Shown here: in pieces, positions 28,384 to 37,581 of the stretch | Layout: every line of letters begins with the position of its first letter | How positions within the stretch are numbered: the first letter of the stretch is position 1 | Source of the DNA: an uncultured Candidatus Saccharibacteria bacterium | Lineage (GTDB): Bacteria > Patescibacteriota > Minisyncoccia > Phycocordibacterales > XYD1-FULL-46-19 | Assembly (NCBI GenBank): GCA_964510655.1 | Contig: CAZEAY010000001.1 | Location: forward strand, 33,421 to 97,420 | DNA: 64,000 bases | Reading direction: 5' to 3' | Program-made: the position numbers and the translations under genes | The notes under the pieces: model-generated | Database searches by the model: none | Told to the model about the DNA's origin: nothing | The model's input: the letters and a program-made list of their open reading frames with translations, nothing else

Positions 28384-30654
28384 CTACGCGGTTATTTTCC
28401 GTTCTCCTTCTTTGGGGGTTGGCCAACTAGAGATGATTAGCGGATTTTCGTTTTCATCTTTAATCATACCCCAGATTTCTTCAGTGATGAAGGGGGTAAA
28501 AGGATGGAGAAGTTTGAGTATCGTTCTTAGAATGTAGATTAGGGTATATTGAGCTGATCTTTTATCGTTCTCATTTTCTCCTCTTAAACGATCCTTAGCT
28601 TCTTCAATGAAAGAGTTGGCAAAATTTTCCCAGACATAATGGTAGAGTTTTTCGGCCGCTAAATAATAACGGAAATTATCCATATCTTTGGTGATATCGA
28701 TAATCAAGTTGTCTAACTCGTCTAATCTTGTGCGGTCCTCTAAGCCAATTTCTTCCTCGTAAGTTCTATAATCAAAATTTTCAGTGTTAGTTAAAACAAA
28801 CCGAGCAATATTCCATAGTTTATTGGAAAAATGTTTATACCCGCGAATTTTATCTTCGGAAAGTTTAGCATCGTTGCCAGGACCAGTCCCAATAATTAAA
28901 GAAATGCGTACCGCATCGGTTCCGTACTTGGCGGTCATATCTAATGGATCGATAACATTGCCTAGCGATTTGCTCATTTTTCGTCCCTGCCCGTCACGAA
29001 CCAAACCATGGAGATAAACTGTTTTGAAAGGAATTTCTCCCAATAAATAATTGGTCATTAAAATCATTCGAGCGACCCAGAAAAACAAAATATCATAACC
29101 GGTTTCCATGACCGATAATGGGTGATAAGTCTGTAGATCCTCAGTTTTATTTGGCCAGCCTAGGGTGGAAAAAGACCATAGCCCGGAAGAAAACCAAGTG
29201 TCTAGGGTGTCGGAGTCTTGTTCCCATTTACCCGTTCCGACCTTGTCGGAATTAGGGACCATTTCTTCAGGAGCTTCTAGTCCGCAATAAATTTCTTCGC
29301 CTTTATACCAAACCGGAATGCGGTGTCCAAACCAAATCTGGCGAGAAATGCACCAATCGCGCAAGTTTTCTATCCAATGGTAATAAATCTTTTCAAAACG
29401 ATCGGGAATAATATTAATTTGGCGATTTTCTACTGATGCCAACATTAGTTTTTTGAGAGTTGTTTCTTCGCCTGATTTGATCCCAGTAATGTTTGAGTAT
29501 TCTAACTTAAATGGTTTGTTAACGGCAATAAACCATTGTAATTTTGGTAGCGGTTCTATTGTTCCACCTGTTCTCTCAGCGGTTGAAAGATTGATGGTTA
29601 TATCCTCCTCTTTTTCTAAAAGGTTTTGTTCTTTTAGCCAATTAACGATTATTTCTCTTGCTTCGGTAGTTTTTTTACCATTTAGATTAAGACTGTCTCC
29701 TTGAAAAAAGTCTTCATCTTTTATCGCCATTTTGGCGTACTCGTTTATTACGGGAATGATTGGTAAGTCGTGTCTTTGAGACATCTCCCAATCGATCTGA
29801 CTGTGAGCTGGTGTGACCCCTACGGCTCCAGTTCCAAAATTTTCGTCGACTGAATTATCGCCAATTATTTTGATGTGTAATTTTACGCCAGCAAAAACTA
29901 AGTCATATTCTTGACCGATATATTGTTTATATTTCCCCTCTGGGTGAACAGCGACGGCCGTGTCACCCAACTTAGTTTCTGGTCTGGTGGTGGCAATGGA
30001 AATAGGGAAGTCTGGACTATATTTGAAAGTATAAAATTTACCTTTGGTTTCTTCGTGGAGGACTTCGTCATCGGAAACAGTAGTTTGTCCTTTTGGGTCC
30101 CAGTTGATCACTCGATAACCACGATAGATCAGACCATCGTCGTACATTTTTTTGAAAGCAGTGCGGACAGCCAGATTCCTTTTATCATCCAGAGTGTAAG
30201 CTTCACGGGTCCAGTCAATTGAGGCCCCCATCTTTTTTACTTGATTGACTATCGTGTCGTGGCTATTTTGAGCGTATTCATTTACCCGACGAAGAAGTTC
30301 CTCTCGTCCCAAGTCATGTCTCCTCAATCCTTCTTCTTTATAGATAATTCCCTCCACCTTCGATTGGGTGGCAATGGCAGCATGATCTGTCCCCGGAACC
30401 CAGACTGTTTCTGCCCCAAGCATTCGGTTGTATCGCACCATAATATCTTCAATAGTGACAGTGGATGCATGGCCAATATGGAGAGTTCCCGTCACGTTTG
30501 GTGGCGGTAAAACCATAGAAAAGACCTGACCCTTTTTTTGGATTTCTTTGTTGCTTTTAGGTGAAAAATAATTTCCTTCTTGCCAAATATTGTAAATCCT
30601 CGCCTCTGTTTCTTCGGGTTCGTAAGGTTTGGTAAGTTTTTCCGGTAGTTTCAT
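28384..30654 (-). CDS. valS: valine--tRNA ligase (short form, lacking the C-terminal coiled coil)
   Basis: PPPNVTGTLHIGHA (HIGH) and KMSKS motifs. At 756 aa it is shorter than typical ValRS. Confidence 0.8.
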   Translation of the reverse strand: MKLPEKLTKPYEPEETEARIYNIWQEGNYFSPKSNKEIQKKGQVFSMVLPPPNVTGTLHIGHASTVTIEDIMVRYNRMLGAETVWVPGTDHAAIATQSKVEGIIYKEEGLRRHDLGREELLRRVNEYAQNSHDTIVNQVKKMGASIDWTREAYTLDDKRNLAVRTAFKKMYDDGLIYRGYRVINWDPKGQTTVSDDEVLHEETKGKFYTFKYSPDFPISIATTRPETKLGDTAVAVHPEGKYKQYIGQEYDLVFAGVKLHIKIIGDNSVDENFGTGAVGVTPAHSQIDWEMSQRHDLPIIPVINEYAKMAIKDEDFFQGDSLNLNGKKTTEAREIIVNWLKEQNLLEKEEDITINLSTAERTGGTIEPLPKLQWFIAVNKPFKLEYSNITGIKSGEETTLKKLMLASVENRQINIIPDRFEKIYYHWIENLRDWCISRQIWFGHRIPVWYKGEEIYCGLEAPEEMVPNSDKVGTGKWEQDSDTLDTWFSSGLWSFSTLGWPNKTEDLQTYHPLSVMETGYDILFFWVARMILMTNYLLGEIPFKTVYLHGLVRDGQGRKMSKSLGNVIDPLDMTAKYGTDAVRISLIIGTGPGNDAKLSEDKIRGYKHFSNKLWNIARFVLTNTENFDYRTYEEEIGLEDRTRLDELDNLIIDITKDMDNFRYYLAAEKLYHYVWENFANSFIEEAKDRLRGENENDKRSAQYTLIYILRTILKLLHPFTPFITEEIWGMIKDENENPLIISSWPTPKEGERKITA

Positions 30655-30706
30655 TGCTTCTTATCTTATCAAAAAGCCTTAACTTTTACCATATTTTTAC
30701 CTTTAT

Positions 30707-31909
30707 TTAGAGACTTAGATTGCCCTCCGCTTTTATCTTGGGGTTCACTTTAAAAGTTTTTATTAGTGAGTGAAAGTAGGCAGCCATGGCAATCATGGTG
30801 GCGTTGTCAGTCGAGAGTTTTATGTCTGGGAGGAGTAGGGCTGTTTCTGGATATTTTTCTTCTAGCTCATTTTCTAACCTTTTCTTAAGTTCGCTATTCG
30901 CAATTACTCCACCGCCAACAATTAGGGTTTTCGCTTTGTATTTTTTTACCGCGGCTAAAGTCTTTTGAATTAAAACATCAACGGCTGCGGTTTGAAACTC
31001 ATGAGCAATGGCTTGTTTGTCTTCAGTCGATAGTGGGGCTATTTTTTTTATTAAATAGAGAACAGCGGTCTTCAGTCCGGAAAAAGAAAAATCTAAGTCA
31101 CCACTGTTGTGCATTGGTCGTGGTAGAGTGTATTTAATTTTTTGGGTCCCAAGTAAATATTCGTTCGCTAGTTTACTTATTTCTGGTCCACCAGGATAAG
31201 GGAGTTCTAATAAGCGGGCTACTTTATCAAATGCTTCGCCTACGGCATCATCACGGGTCTTTCCTATTACTTTGTATTTTAGCCAGTTTTTTATTAAAAC
31301 AATTTCCGTGTGACCGCCTGAGACCAAAAGAGCAATGGCCGGGAATTGTATTTTACTTTTTATTTTTGAATTTAATTTATCATTTGTAATTTGAAATTTC
31401 TTTTCATCGCCTGCGAGTGATGAAAAGATGTGTCCTTCCATATGATTGGTTGGAATAAGTGGTTTATCCCACCACAATGATAAAGCTCGGGCAAAATTGA
31501 TCCCCACCCATAACGCTGGTTCTAATCCCGGGCCGTAAGTAACGGCAATGGCATCAATTTTTGGGATGGCTATTTTCGGCAGTGATTCTAAAAAGGCTAT
31601 CGATAAGTCTGGCTCTCTTTCTAGGGTGACAGCGATCTTTTTTATTAGTTTTTGATTAGAGACAGGTTTTTTGTTTTCCTTAAAAAATCCGGCTTGTTTT
31701 AAGGCTGTTTCTAATAGGGGAACAATGGCTTTACCGTGCTCTCTTTTCGCGATCATGGGCACTACTCCACCCCATTGTTTATGAATAGCTATTTGGGAAG
31801 CAATGGTATGGCTTAGGATTTTAAAAACAGGCTTGGTAAAACCGCCTTTAGCGTCTATAATACTAATAGCGGTTTCATCACAACTGGTTTCAATGGATAG
31901 TACCTTCAT
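30707..31909 (-). CDS. tsaD: tRNA N6-adenosine threonylcarbamoyltransferase TsaD (Kae1/Gcp family), carrying an insertion of about 35-40 aa
   Basis: N-terminal LSIETSCDETAISI, HGGVVP and VSGGH motifs. Confidence 0.8.
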   Translation of the reverse strand: MKVLSIETSCDETAISIIDAKGGFTKPVFKILSHTIASQIAIHKQWGGVVPMIAKREHGKAIVPLLETALKQAGFFKENKKPVSNQKLIKKIAVTLEREPDLSIAFLESLPKIAIPKIDAIAVTYGPGLEPALWVGINFARALSLWWDKPLIPTNHMEGHIFSSLAGDEKKFQITNDKLNSKIKSKIQFPAIALLVSGGHTEIVLIKNWLKYKVIGKTRDDAVGEAFDKVARLLELPYPGGPEISKLANEYLLGTQKIKYTLPRPMHNSGDLDFSFSGLKTAVLYLIKKIAPLSTEDKQAIAHEFQTAAVDVLIQKTLAAVKKYKAKTLIVGGGVIANSELKKRLENELEEKYPETALLLPDIKLSTDNATMIAMAAYFHSLIKTFKVNPKIKAEGNLSL

Positions 31910-32012
31910 GCGAATTTAATTTAAATTATGTTTTATATAGATAGGAAGTTAGAGAGATTGATTCTATCTATCGGAATGACTATATCAGAAGTGACAGTCT
32001 TTTTCCATCTTT

Positions 32013-32324
32013 TTGTTAAAAATGAAAAGAATATTAAAATATGATTTTCTCTTTTGGATATTATCATCCGCCTATTTGTTTTTGTTCGTTTTACCTTTTT
32101 CTCTTGGTGTTTTAGTTAAAATTATTATTGGTTATCTTTTCTATTTCCTTGTCAAGGAAATTTTTTATCAATATGGTGAAAGTATTTTTAATATCAGACA
32201 TCGTATCTCTGTTTTAACTCATCGAATATCCAATTCCCCACACAAGAAGACATTTTTTATTCATAATGGCACTACCCATCCAGAAAAGAAAAAGGATTAT
32301 GAAGATGTCAGTAAGTTTTTGTAG
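32013..32324 (+). CDS. hypothetical small membrane protein
   Basis: ORF with two hydrophobic helices; weak. Confidence 0.25.
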   Translation: MLKMKRILKYDFLFWILSSAYLFLFVLPFSLGVLVKIIIGYLFYFLVKEIFYQYGESIFNIRHRISVLTHRISNSPHKKTFFIHNGTTHPEKKKDYEDVSKFL

Positions 32325-32359
32325 AAAATAATTATTTTTACACAAGACCACTTTTTTAT

Positions 32360-32406
32360 TATTTATATAAAAACCGCCGACCCCTTTTTGTATGGGAATC
32401 GGCGGT
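32360..32406 (-). terminator. intrinsic terminator downstream of the beta-helix gene
   Basis: Hairpin ccgccga…tcggcgg, then a T-rich run on the minus strand. Confidence 0.65.
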
Positions 32407-32425
32407 GAAAGCCATTAGTGGTTTT

Positions 32426-34009
32426 TTATTCCACCAAAAACTCAGATATGGTGACAGGAACGGTCATCGTAAGAGATACCGACTGACCATCAATGCTTCC
32501 GCCAATAGAGGCTGTTCCAACGTTTCCGTCGGCGGAATAAAGAGCTGATGCACTCCCACCACTCATTGTGGTTGGTGTGGACCCGAAGCTTCCGATATCG
32601 GCTGTATAGGTCAACACGGAACCAGATGGAATTGTTCCGGCGATGCTGGTGTCAGTACCGCTTGAGTTCTCCTGTAAATGGAGACTAATGGTACTGGTCT
32701 CGTTTGGCTGAATGTCTGTTGGATTAGCAGTAATCGTCGCGACAATCCAAGGGTTGGTGTTGAAGCTGACTTCAGAAACACCACAGCCACCATTGCCCGG
32801 TCCAGCATTGCAACCCCACCAGTTGTTAGTGAGATCAACATTGTAGGTCCCAGCGGTCGGGTTACCGTCAAAACTTATAGCTGATTTTTCCGTGTGAGTA
32901 GTGTTACCCACGATTCGGTTGAAATTCGCTTGCAAGTTCAAGACTTGACCCGTTTCGCTCTCAATTTCCAAAGCTACACCACAATTAAGTAGCGAGTTGT
33001 TGTTGAAGACGACAGAGGAGCGGGAACTGAAGTACCCGTATACATCAGTACTTTGGTATAGACCAATGCTCCCACTGCGATTATTGAGATCCACCACATT
33101 ACCTGTGAGGGTAATGGTAGTGGGTGCTCCCTCTCCGGCCACCCAGAAGGCGACATCCTGTTGAGTAACAGAGTTTGTCGTGACTTGAACTGGTAAGTAT
33201 GGGGCATAGACCCAGATACCATAAGCTCCAGCCGTCCCGCTAGTAACTGTGTTTTCAGTCAATAAGTCAGCTGAACCGCCGCTACTGCCGTTGTTGTCGG
33301 TATGTATTCCGCTTCCGGAAAACCCGACTACGTTGTACTTGACCACTGTTCCTTTTGAGTGATTTGAGGCGATGCTGTCATTGCATCTGGTAACCGTATT
33401 GCTGGTCACCTGTCCGCTCCCGGTGAAATTGAAAATTCCGATGGAATTTCCGTCTCCGGAAACATTGTCGACAGTATTGTTTTGGAAGTTGAAACTTCCG
33501 CCAGTTGAGGCATAAATACCACGTAGGTAGATATTCCTCACTGTGCAATTCTGGACGGTCAGATTTTGGAAGACGCCCGTCGTGTGATCAGTGATGATCC
33601 CATTACGGGCGGCCAAATCAGCTCCATTGCGGACAATTCCACTTGGAGTAAGTGCTCCTGTTGTCTGACCATCCAGACAAACACCATCAATAGTGATGTC
33701 ATTAGCCTGGATCAGAAAAATGTTGCTGGCGGCCGGACACAATGAGCTTCCACTACAGGGGTTTGGACCTGAGATCGCGGGGTAGATCATTGTTGCCCCT
33801 GACCCGTCACCCAAAAAGGTGACTCCGGGGTTGCGGGCGATCACGTTTTCTTGCCAGTTACCAGCGGGGATATGCACCGTGTCTCCTGAGCCTGAAGCGT
33901 CAGAGCATTGTTGGATGGTTCCGTCTATTCCCGCTGTGCGGGTGGTTGCGTGAACCACCTCTCCACTCATCAGCACAATGCTGAGTATCAGTAACCAGAA
34001 TGCCCTCAT
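32426..34009 (-). CDS. secreted right-handed parallel beta-helix repeat protein (pectate-lyase/NosD-like fold); GC-rich
   Basis: Signal peptide MRAFWLLILSIVLMSGEVVHA. Many PbH1-like repeats (NCTVRNIYLRGIYAS, NTVDNVSGDGNSIGIF, NTVTRCNDSIASNHS…). Strong SD (GGAGGAATGTCATG). Composition clearly GC-richer than neighbours. Confidence 0.6.
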   Translation of the reverse strand: MRAFWLLILSIVLMSGEVVHATTRTAGIDGTIQQCSDASGSGDTVHIPAGNWQENVIARNPGVTFLGDGSGATMIYPAISGPNPCSGSSLCPAASNIFLIQANDITIDGVCLDGQTTGALTPSGIVRNGADLAARNGIITDHTTGVFQNLTVQNCTVRNIYLRGIYASTGGSFNFQNNTVDNVSGDGNSIGIFNFTGSGQVTSNTVTRCNDSIASNHSKGTVVKYNVVGFSGSGIHTDNNGSSGGSADLLTENTVTSGTAGAYGIWVYAPYLPVQVTTNSVTQQDVAFWVAGEGAPTTITLTGNVVDLNNRSGSIGLYQSTDVYGYFSSRSSVVFNNNSLLNCGVALEIESETGQVLNLQANFNRIVGNTTHTEKSAISFDGNPTAGTYNVDLTNNWWGCNAGPGNGGCGVSEVSFNTNPWIVATITANPTDIQPNETSTISLHLQENSSGTDTSIAGTIPSGSVLTYTADIGSFGSTPTTMSGGSASALYSADGNVGTASIGGSIDGQSVSLTMTVPVTISEFLVE

Positions 34010-34132
34010 GACATTCCTCCTCAGTAAATTTATACGTCACTCTGTGTATTAAAGAGCGATGCCTTTGGGAGAGTAACATTTTTTTATCAGTCTGTCAAAA
34101 AACAGCCTAAGTAATGGCTGTAATTTTTTATG

Positions 34133-34206
34133 TGGGCGATACAGGACTTGAACCTGTGACCTTGTCTACGTCAAAGACACGCTCTAGCCAACTGAGCTAA
34201 TCGCCC
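34133..34206 (-). tRNA. tRNA-Val (anticodon GAC), CCA not encoded
   Basis: The reverse complement reads GGGCGATTAGCTCAGTTGGCTAGAGCGTGTCTTTGACGTAGACAAGGTCACAGGTTCAAGTCCTGTATCGCCCA. Confidence 0.9.
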
Positions 34207-34433
34207 AATGTTTTAAATATTAGCAAAAAGTGAAGATTAGTAAAGTTTGATTTTTTTGATACAGCCTTGGATTTCGTCAAAAATAAATTTTCCAGTCCTG
34301 GACTCAGCGTGACCCCACCAAGAGTCTTTCCTTACAGGAACAGTACAGCTTTCCCATTTGTTCGTTTAGCTACTCACAAATACGGGAGAAGCTTTTCGAC
34401 TCCCGGACGCGAGCAAAGCAGTTTGCTCGCTTT

Positions 34434-34493
34434 GGGTCACAAATACAAAAATAGCCGGCCTTCCAGCCGGACTCATTTTTGTATTTGTGACCC
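34434..34493. repeat. long hairpin that includes the 3' acceptor end of tRNA-Glu
   Basis: gggtcacaaatacaaaaat-[agccggccttccagccggact]-catttttgtatttgtgaccc, with an inner GC hairpin. Two more hairpins follow at 34409-34430 and 34383-34405. Confidence 0.7.
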
Positions 34494-34559
34494 TACCGGG
34501 AGTCGAACCCGGGTTACCGGCTTGAAAAGCCGATGTCCTAACCATTAGACGATAGGGCC
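34488..34559 (-). tRNA. tRNA-Glu (anticodon TTC), CCA not encoded
   Basis: The reverse complement reads GGCCCTATCGTCTAATGGTTAGGACATCGGCTTTTCAAGCCGGTAACCCGGGTTCGACTCCCGGTAGGGTCA, close to E. coli tRNA-Glu. Confidence 0.85.
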
Positions 34560-34627
34560 TAATAAACAGCAATAATATAACATTTTTTTGAGAAAAAGCA
34601 AAAGTATGTTAGATTTAACCTGTTTAG

Positions 34628-34714
34628 GGAGGCGTGGCTGAGTGGTTGAAGGCACCGCATTCGAAACGCGGCAGGGGTTCATAGCCCCTCAGGGGTTCAA
34701 ATCCTCTCGCCTCC
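34628..34714 (+). tRNA. tRNA-Ser (anticodon CGA), class II, CCA not encoded
   Basis: Acceptor GGAGGCG/CGCCTCC. Anticodon loop TTCGAAA (the stem has one mismatch). Long variable arm AGGGGTTCATAGCCCCT. T-arm AGGGG-TTCAAAT-CCTCT. Confidence 0.75.
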
Positions 34715-34751
34715 GCAGGAGAAAATCGACAAAGTTGATTTTGAAATTTTT

Positions 34752-35348
34752 ATGGATCAAAAAACTATTGATACTTATAATCAACTAGCGAAAGAATACG
34801 ACGAAGAAACTGTCGATTTCTGGGAACGTTTTCCTCGGACTTTTTTTGATAAATTTGTTTCCTTGGCAAAAGGGAAGGTTTTGGATGTTGGTAGTGGTCC
34901 TGGTCGTGATGGTTTGATTTTAAAAGAAAGCGGACTTGACGTTGTTTGCCTAGATGCTTCTTCCGAGATGGTCAAACTGTCTTCGGCCAGAGGGTTGAAT
35001 TCTGTTTTGGGTGATTTTATGAAGTTGCCTTTTTCCGAAAATAGTTTTGATGCAATATGGGCATATACTTCTCTTTTACATATCTCTAAGTCTGAAGTAG
35101 ATAAAGCGTTAATAGAAATTTATCGAGTGTTAAAAACTAATGGTATTTTTGGCTTGGGTTTGATTGAAGGAGAAGGGGAGGAATATCGTGAAAGTTCTGG
35201 GGTGAATCAACCACGTTTGTTTAGTTTTTATACTAAAGAAGAGATCGAGAAATTATTAACTAAACATGGATTTACTATTTTATATTTCGAGGCTTTTAAA
35301 CCCAAAAGTCGCAATTATCTGAATTTCATTGTTCAGAAGATGGTTTGA
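34752..35348 (+). CDS. class I SAM-dependent methyltransferase
   Basis: Motif I VLDVGSGPGRDG, plus post I and motif II patterns. Confidence 0.75.
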   Translation: MDQKTIDTYNQLAKEYDEETVDFWERFPRTFFDKFVSLAKGKVLDVGSGPGRDGLILKESGLDVVCLDASSEMVKLSSARGLNSVLGDFMKLPFSENSFDAIWAYTSLLHISKSEVDKALIEIYRVLKTNGIFGLGLIEGEGEEYRESSGVNQPRLFSFYTKEEIEKLLTKHGFTILYFEAFKPKSRNYLNFIVQKMV

Positions 35349-35412
35349 CCTGTTTGATTGGTAATATTACACTAAGGATGGAATGGTACTTATTTAAACT
35401 AAGGAGGGTTTA

Positions 35413-35604
35413 GTGATGGATAGTCGAAAAATACAGCTCAGGCTTTCAAATGGCGCTGAAATAGTGTCATTTATGTCTCCAGAACAATACGAGCAATTTT
35501 CTGAAGAATTTCTCCTGGAGACTAGGTTGGAGCATGAAAGGCTACGCGTCGCGCGGTTACGTAGTGAAGAAGCTGCTCGGCGTCATCTAATTTCTTATGT
35601 TTGA
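35413..35604 (+). CDS. hypothetical 63-aa protein
   Basis: Strong SD (AAGGAGGG 7 nt upstream). The C-terminal Arg-rich stretch hints at a helical protein. Confidence 0.35.
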   Translation: MMDSRKIQLRLSNGAEIVSFMSPEQYEQFSEEFLLETRLEHERLRVARLRSEEAARRHLISYV

Positions 35605-35716
35605 AATTCATTAACCTATTTTAAATCATGACTGTGAGGAATATTATTTTCTCATGGTCTTTTTTTAATTATAGAGATTATAGTCATGGGTCATAATTTA
35701 TGTTATAGTCTGTATT

Positions 35717-36478
35717 ATGTCTATTGAGTATTTATATGCTTTAGCTGGGGTGGTGATTGTTAGTTTACTCTCTTTGGTGGGAGTTTTTATGCTTTTGGTT
35801 AAGGAAGAAAGATTGCGACAAGTTCTCTTTGTAATGGTCGCCCTATCGGTTGGAGCTCTTTTTGGTGATGCTATGATTCACCTTTTGCCGGAATCTTTTA
35901 AGGATAGTGCCAATCCTACCGTCACATCTCTTTACATTTTGTTGGGTGTGATGATCTTTTTTGTTTTGGAAAAATTTTTACACTGGAAACATCATCACCA
36001 TGTAGAGGATGAAGAGGGTTGTGACGTCGCGATTGAGCCAGTGGGTTATCTTAGTCTTATCTCTGATGGGTTACATAACTTTATTGATGGGGTGGTGATC
36101 GGAGTCAGTTTTATTGTCAGTATCCCAATTGGTATTGCCTCTACCTTAGCGATTATTTTACACGAAATTCCTCACGAGGTAGGTAATATAAGCCTTTTAC
36201 TCCATGCCGGTTTTAGTCGAGGGAAAGCTTTGTTTTATAATTTTATTTCTGCTTTATTTGCGGTTTTGGGAACTCTCGTAGCTTTGTCTTTAGGTCAGGG
36301 TTCGGTTGGTTTAACCCAGATTGCATTACCACTCGCTGCTGGAGGATTTATCTATATTGCTGGTTCCGACTTGGTTCCAGAACTACATAAAATTACTGAT
36401 CCTAAAAAATCTGCTGTCCAATTTTTGGCCATTGTGGTCGGCATTGCTCTGATGATGCTTCTGTTGTTGATCGATTAA
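35717..36478 (+). CDS. ZIP family metal transporter (ZupT-like)
   Basis: His-rich loop (HWKHHHHVEDEE) and the conserved HNFxDG and HEIPHEVG motifs. Confidence 0.8.
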   Translation: MSIEYLYALAGVVIVSLLSLVGVFMLLVKEERLRQVLFVMVALSVGALFGDAMIHLLPESFKDSANPTVTSLYILLGVMIFFVLEKFLHWKHHHHVEDEEGCDVAIEPVGYLSLISDGLHNFIDGVVIGVSFIVSIPIGIASTLAIILHEIPHEVGNISLLLHAGFSRGKALFYNFISALFAVLGTLVALSLGQGSVGLTQIALPLAAGGFIYIAGSDLVPELHKITDPKKSAVQFLAIVVGIALMMLLLLID

Positions 36479-36486
36479 AATTTAAC

Positions 36487-36524
36487 AAAAAATACTGGAG
36501 GGATATTCCCTCCGGTATTTTTTG
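36487..36524. terminator. bidirectional terminator
   Basis: aaaaaatactggagggatattccctccggtattttttg. Confidence 0.75.
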
Positions 36525-36531
36525 TTAAATT

Positions 36532-37458
36532 TTAATTTTTTAATAGATAACTATATATATCTTCAAGGGCGACCGTGCCATCGCCAGCCGCAATATTGTT
36601 TTGATGGTAGAGGCGGTCCGTACAATCTCCCGCCGCCCAGATACCTTCCATACTGGTTTTTTGAGTGCGTGGATCTATGATGATTGCTCCAAATTCATTT
36701 GTTTGGACTAAATCTTTAACAAAGTCAGTGGCTGGCATATGTCCGATTTCAGCAAAAATTCCTTGCACTGAGAGGGTGTGTTTTTCGCCAGATACCTTGT
36801 CCTCGTAAGTTAACCCAGTGACAAATTTATCACCTGTGACTTCGGTAATAATGGCATTAGGAATAGCTTTCATTTTTGGATTTTCCAATACTTTATTAAC
36901 GGTAATTTTGTCGGCCTTAAATTCGGCATTTTTATGTAGCAAGGTGACTGAAGTGGCGTAGGAGAGCAATTGTCCGGCCGTTTCAAAACCAGCGTTACCA
37001 CCACCAATGACGGCCACATCCATACCTTCAAACAGGGGAGCATCGCAAGTGGCACAATAGGTAATGCCCTTGTGTTCGTATTCTTGGGCGCCAGGCACAG
37101 TGAGTTTTCGCCGACTAGAGCCGGTGGTGATTAGGATTGTTCGCCCTTCGTAAGTTTTTTCTTTACTATCGGTCACTGTAAAATGTTCTCCAGTTTTTTC
37201 TATTTTGGTGACCCAGATTTTTTCGATAATTTCCAAATTTTCACCTCGGTAATTTTCCAAGTGTTCGCGAAGTTGTTTGGCTAAATTTTCTCCAGAAATA
37301 GAAATGGTTCCGATCCAATTTTCAATACTTGGTGAGACAGCCGATTGACCACCAAATTCATTGGTTAAAAAGAGAGTTTTTAGTCGTTTGCGAGCGGCAT
37401 AAACACCGGCGGCTACTCCGGCTGGTCCTCCGCCAACAATAATTAGATCATGAATCAT
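36532..37458 (-). CDS. trxB: thioredoxin-disulfide reductase
   Basis: FAD motif GGGPAG, redox-active CATCD, NAD(P) motif GGGNAG. Confidence 0.85.
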   Translation of the reverse strand: MIHDLIIVGGGPAGVAAGVYAARKRLKTLFLTNEFGGQSAVSPSIENWIGTISISGENLAKQLREHLENYRGENLEIIEKIWVTKIEKTGEHFTVTDSKEKTYEGRTILITTGSSRRKLTVPGAQEYEHKGITYCATCDAPLFEGMDVAVIGGGNAGFETAGQLLSYATSVTLLHKNAEFKADKITVNKVLENPKMKAIPNAIITEVTGDKFVTGLTYEDKVSGEKHTLSVQGIFAEIGHMPATDFVKDLVQTNEFGAIIIDPRTQKTSMEGIWAAGDCTDRLYHQNNIAAGDGTVALEDIYSYLLKN

Positions 37459-37482
37459 AATTTTAGGTTAACATACTAATCA

Positions 37483-37570
37483 ACGAATCATGCGAATAAT
37501 ACGAATAGTTACGAATGTGATATGAATGTATTTGTAATCATTCGTAGATTGGTATAATTCGTATATTCGT
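37483..37570. promoter_or_regulatory. array of phased hexamer repeats: five direct (A/G)CGAAT sites about 9-11 bp apart, then three inverted ATTCGT sites
   Basis: Sites at 37483, 37492, 37501, 37511 and 37522 (direct), and 37540, 37557 and 37565 (inverted), in the intergenic region upstream of trxB and downstream of ftsZ. Confidence 0.5.
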
Positions 37571-37581
37571 ATGTTTATCTT

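Noticed and set aside
34267-34572. 93-aa (+) and 68-aa (-) ORFs
   Set aside because: They overlap tRNA-Glu and its downstream hairpins.
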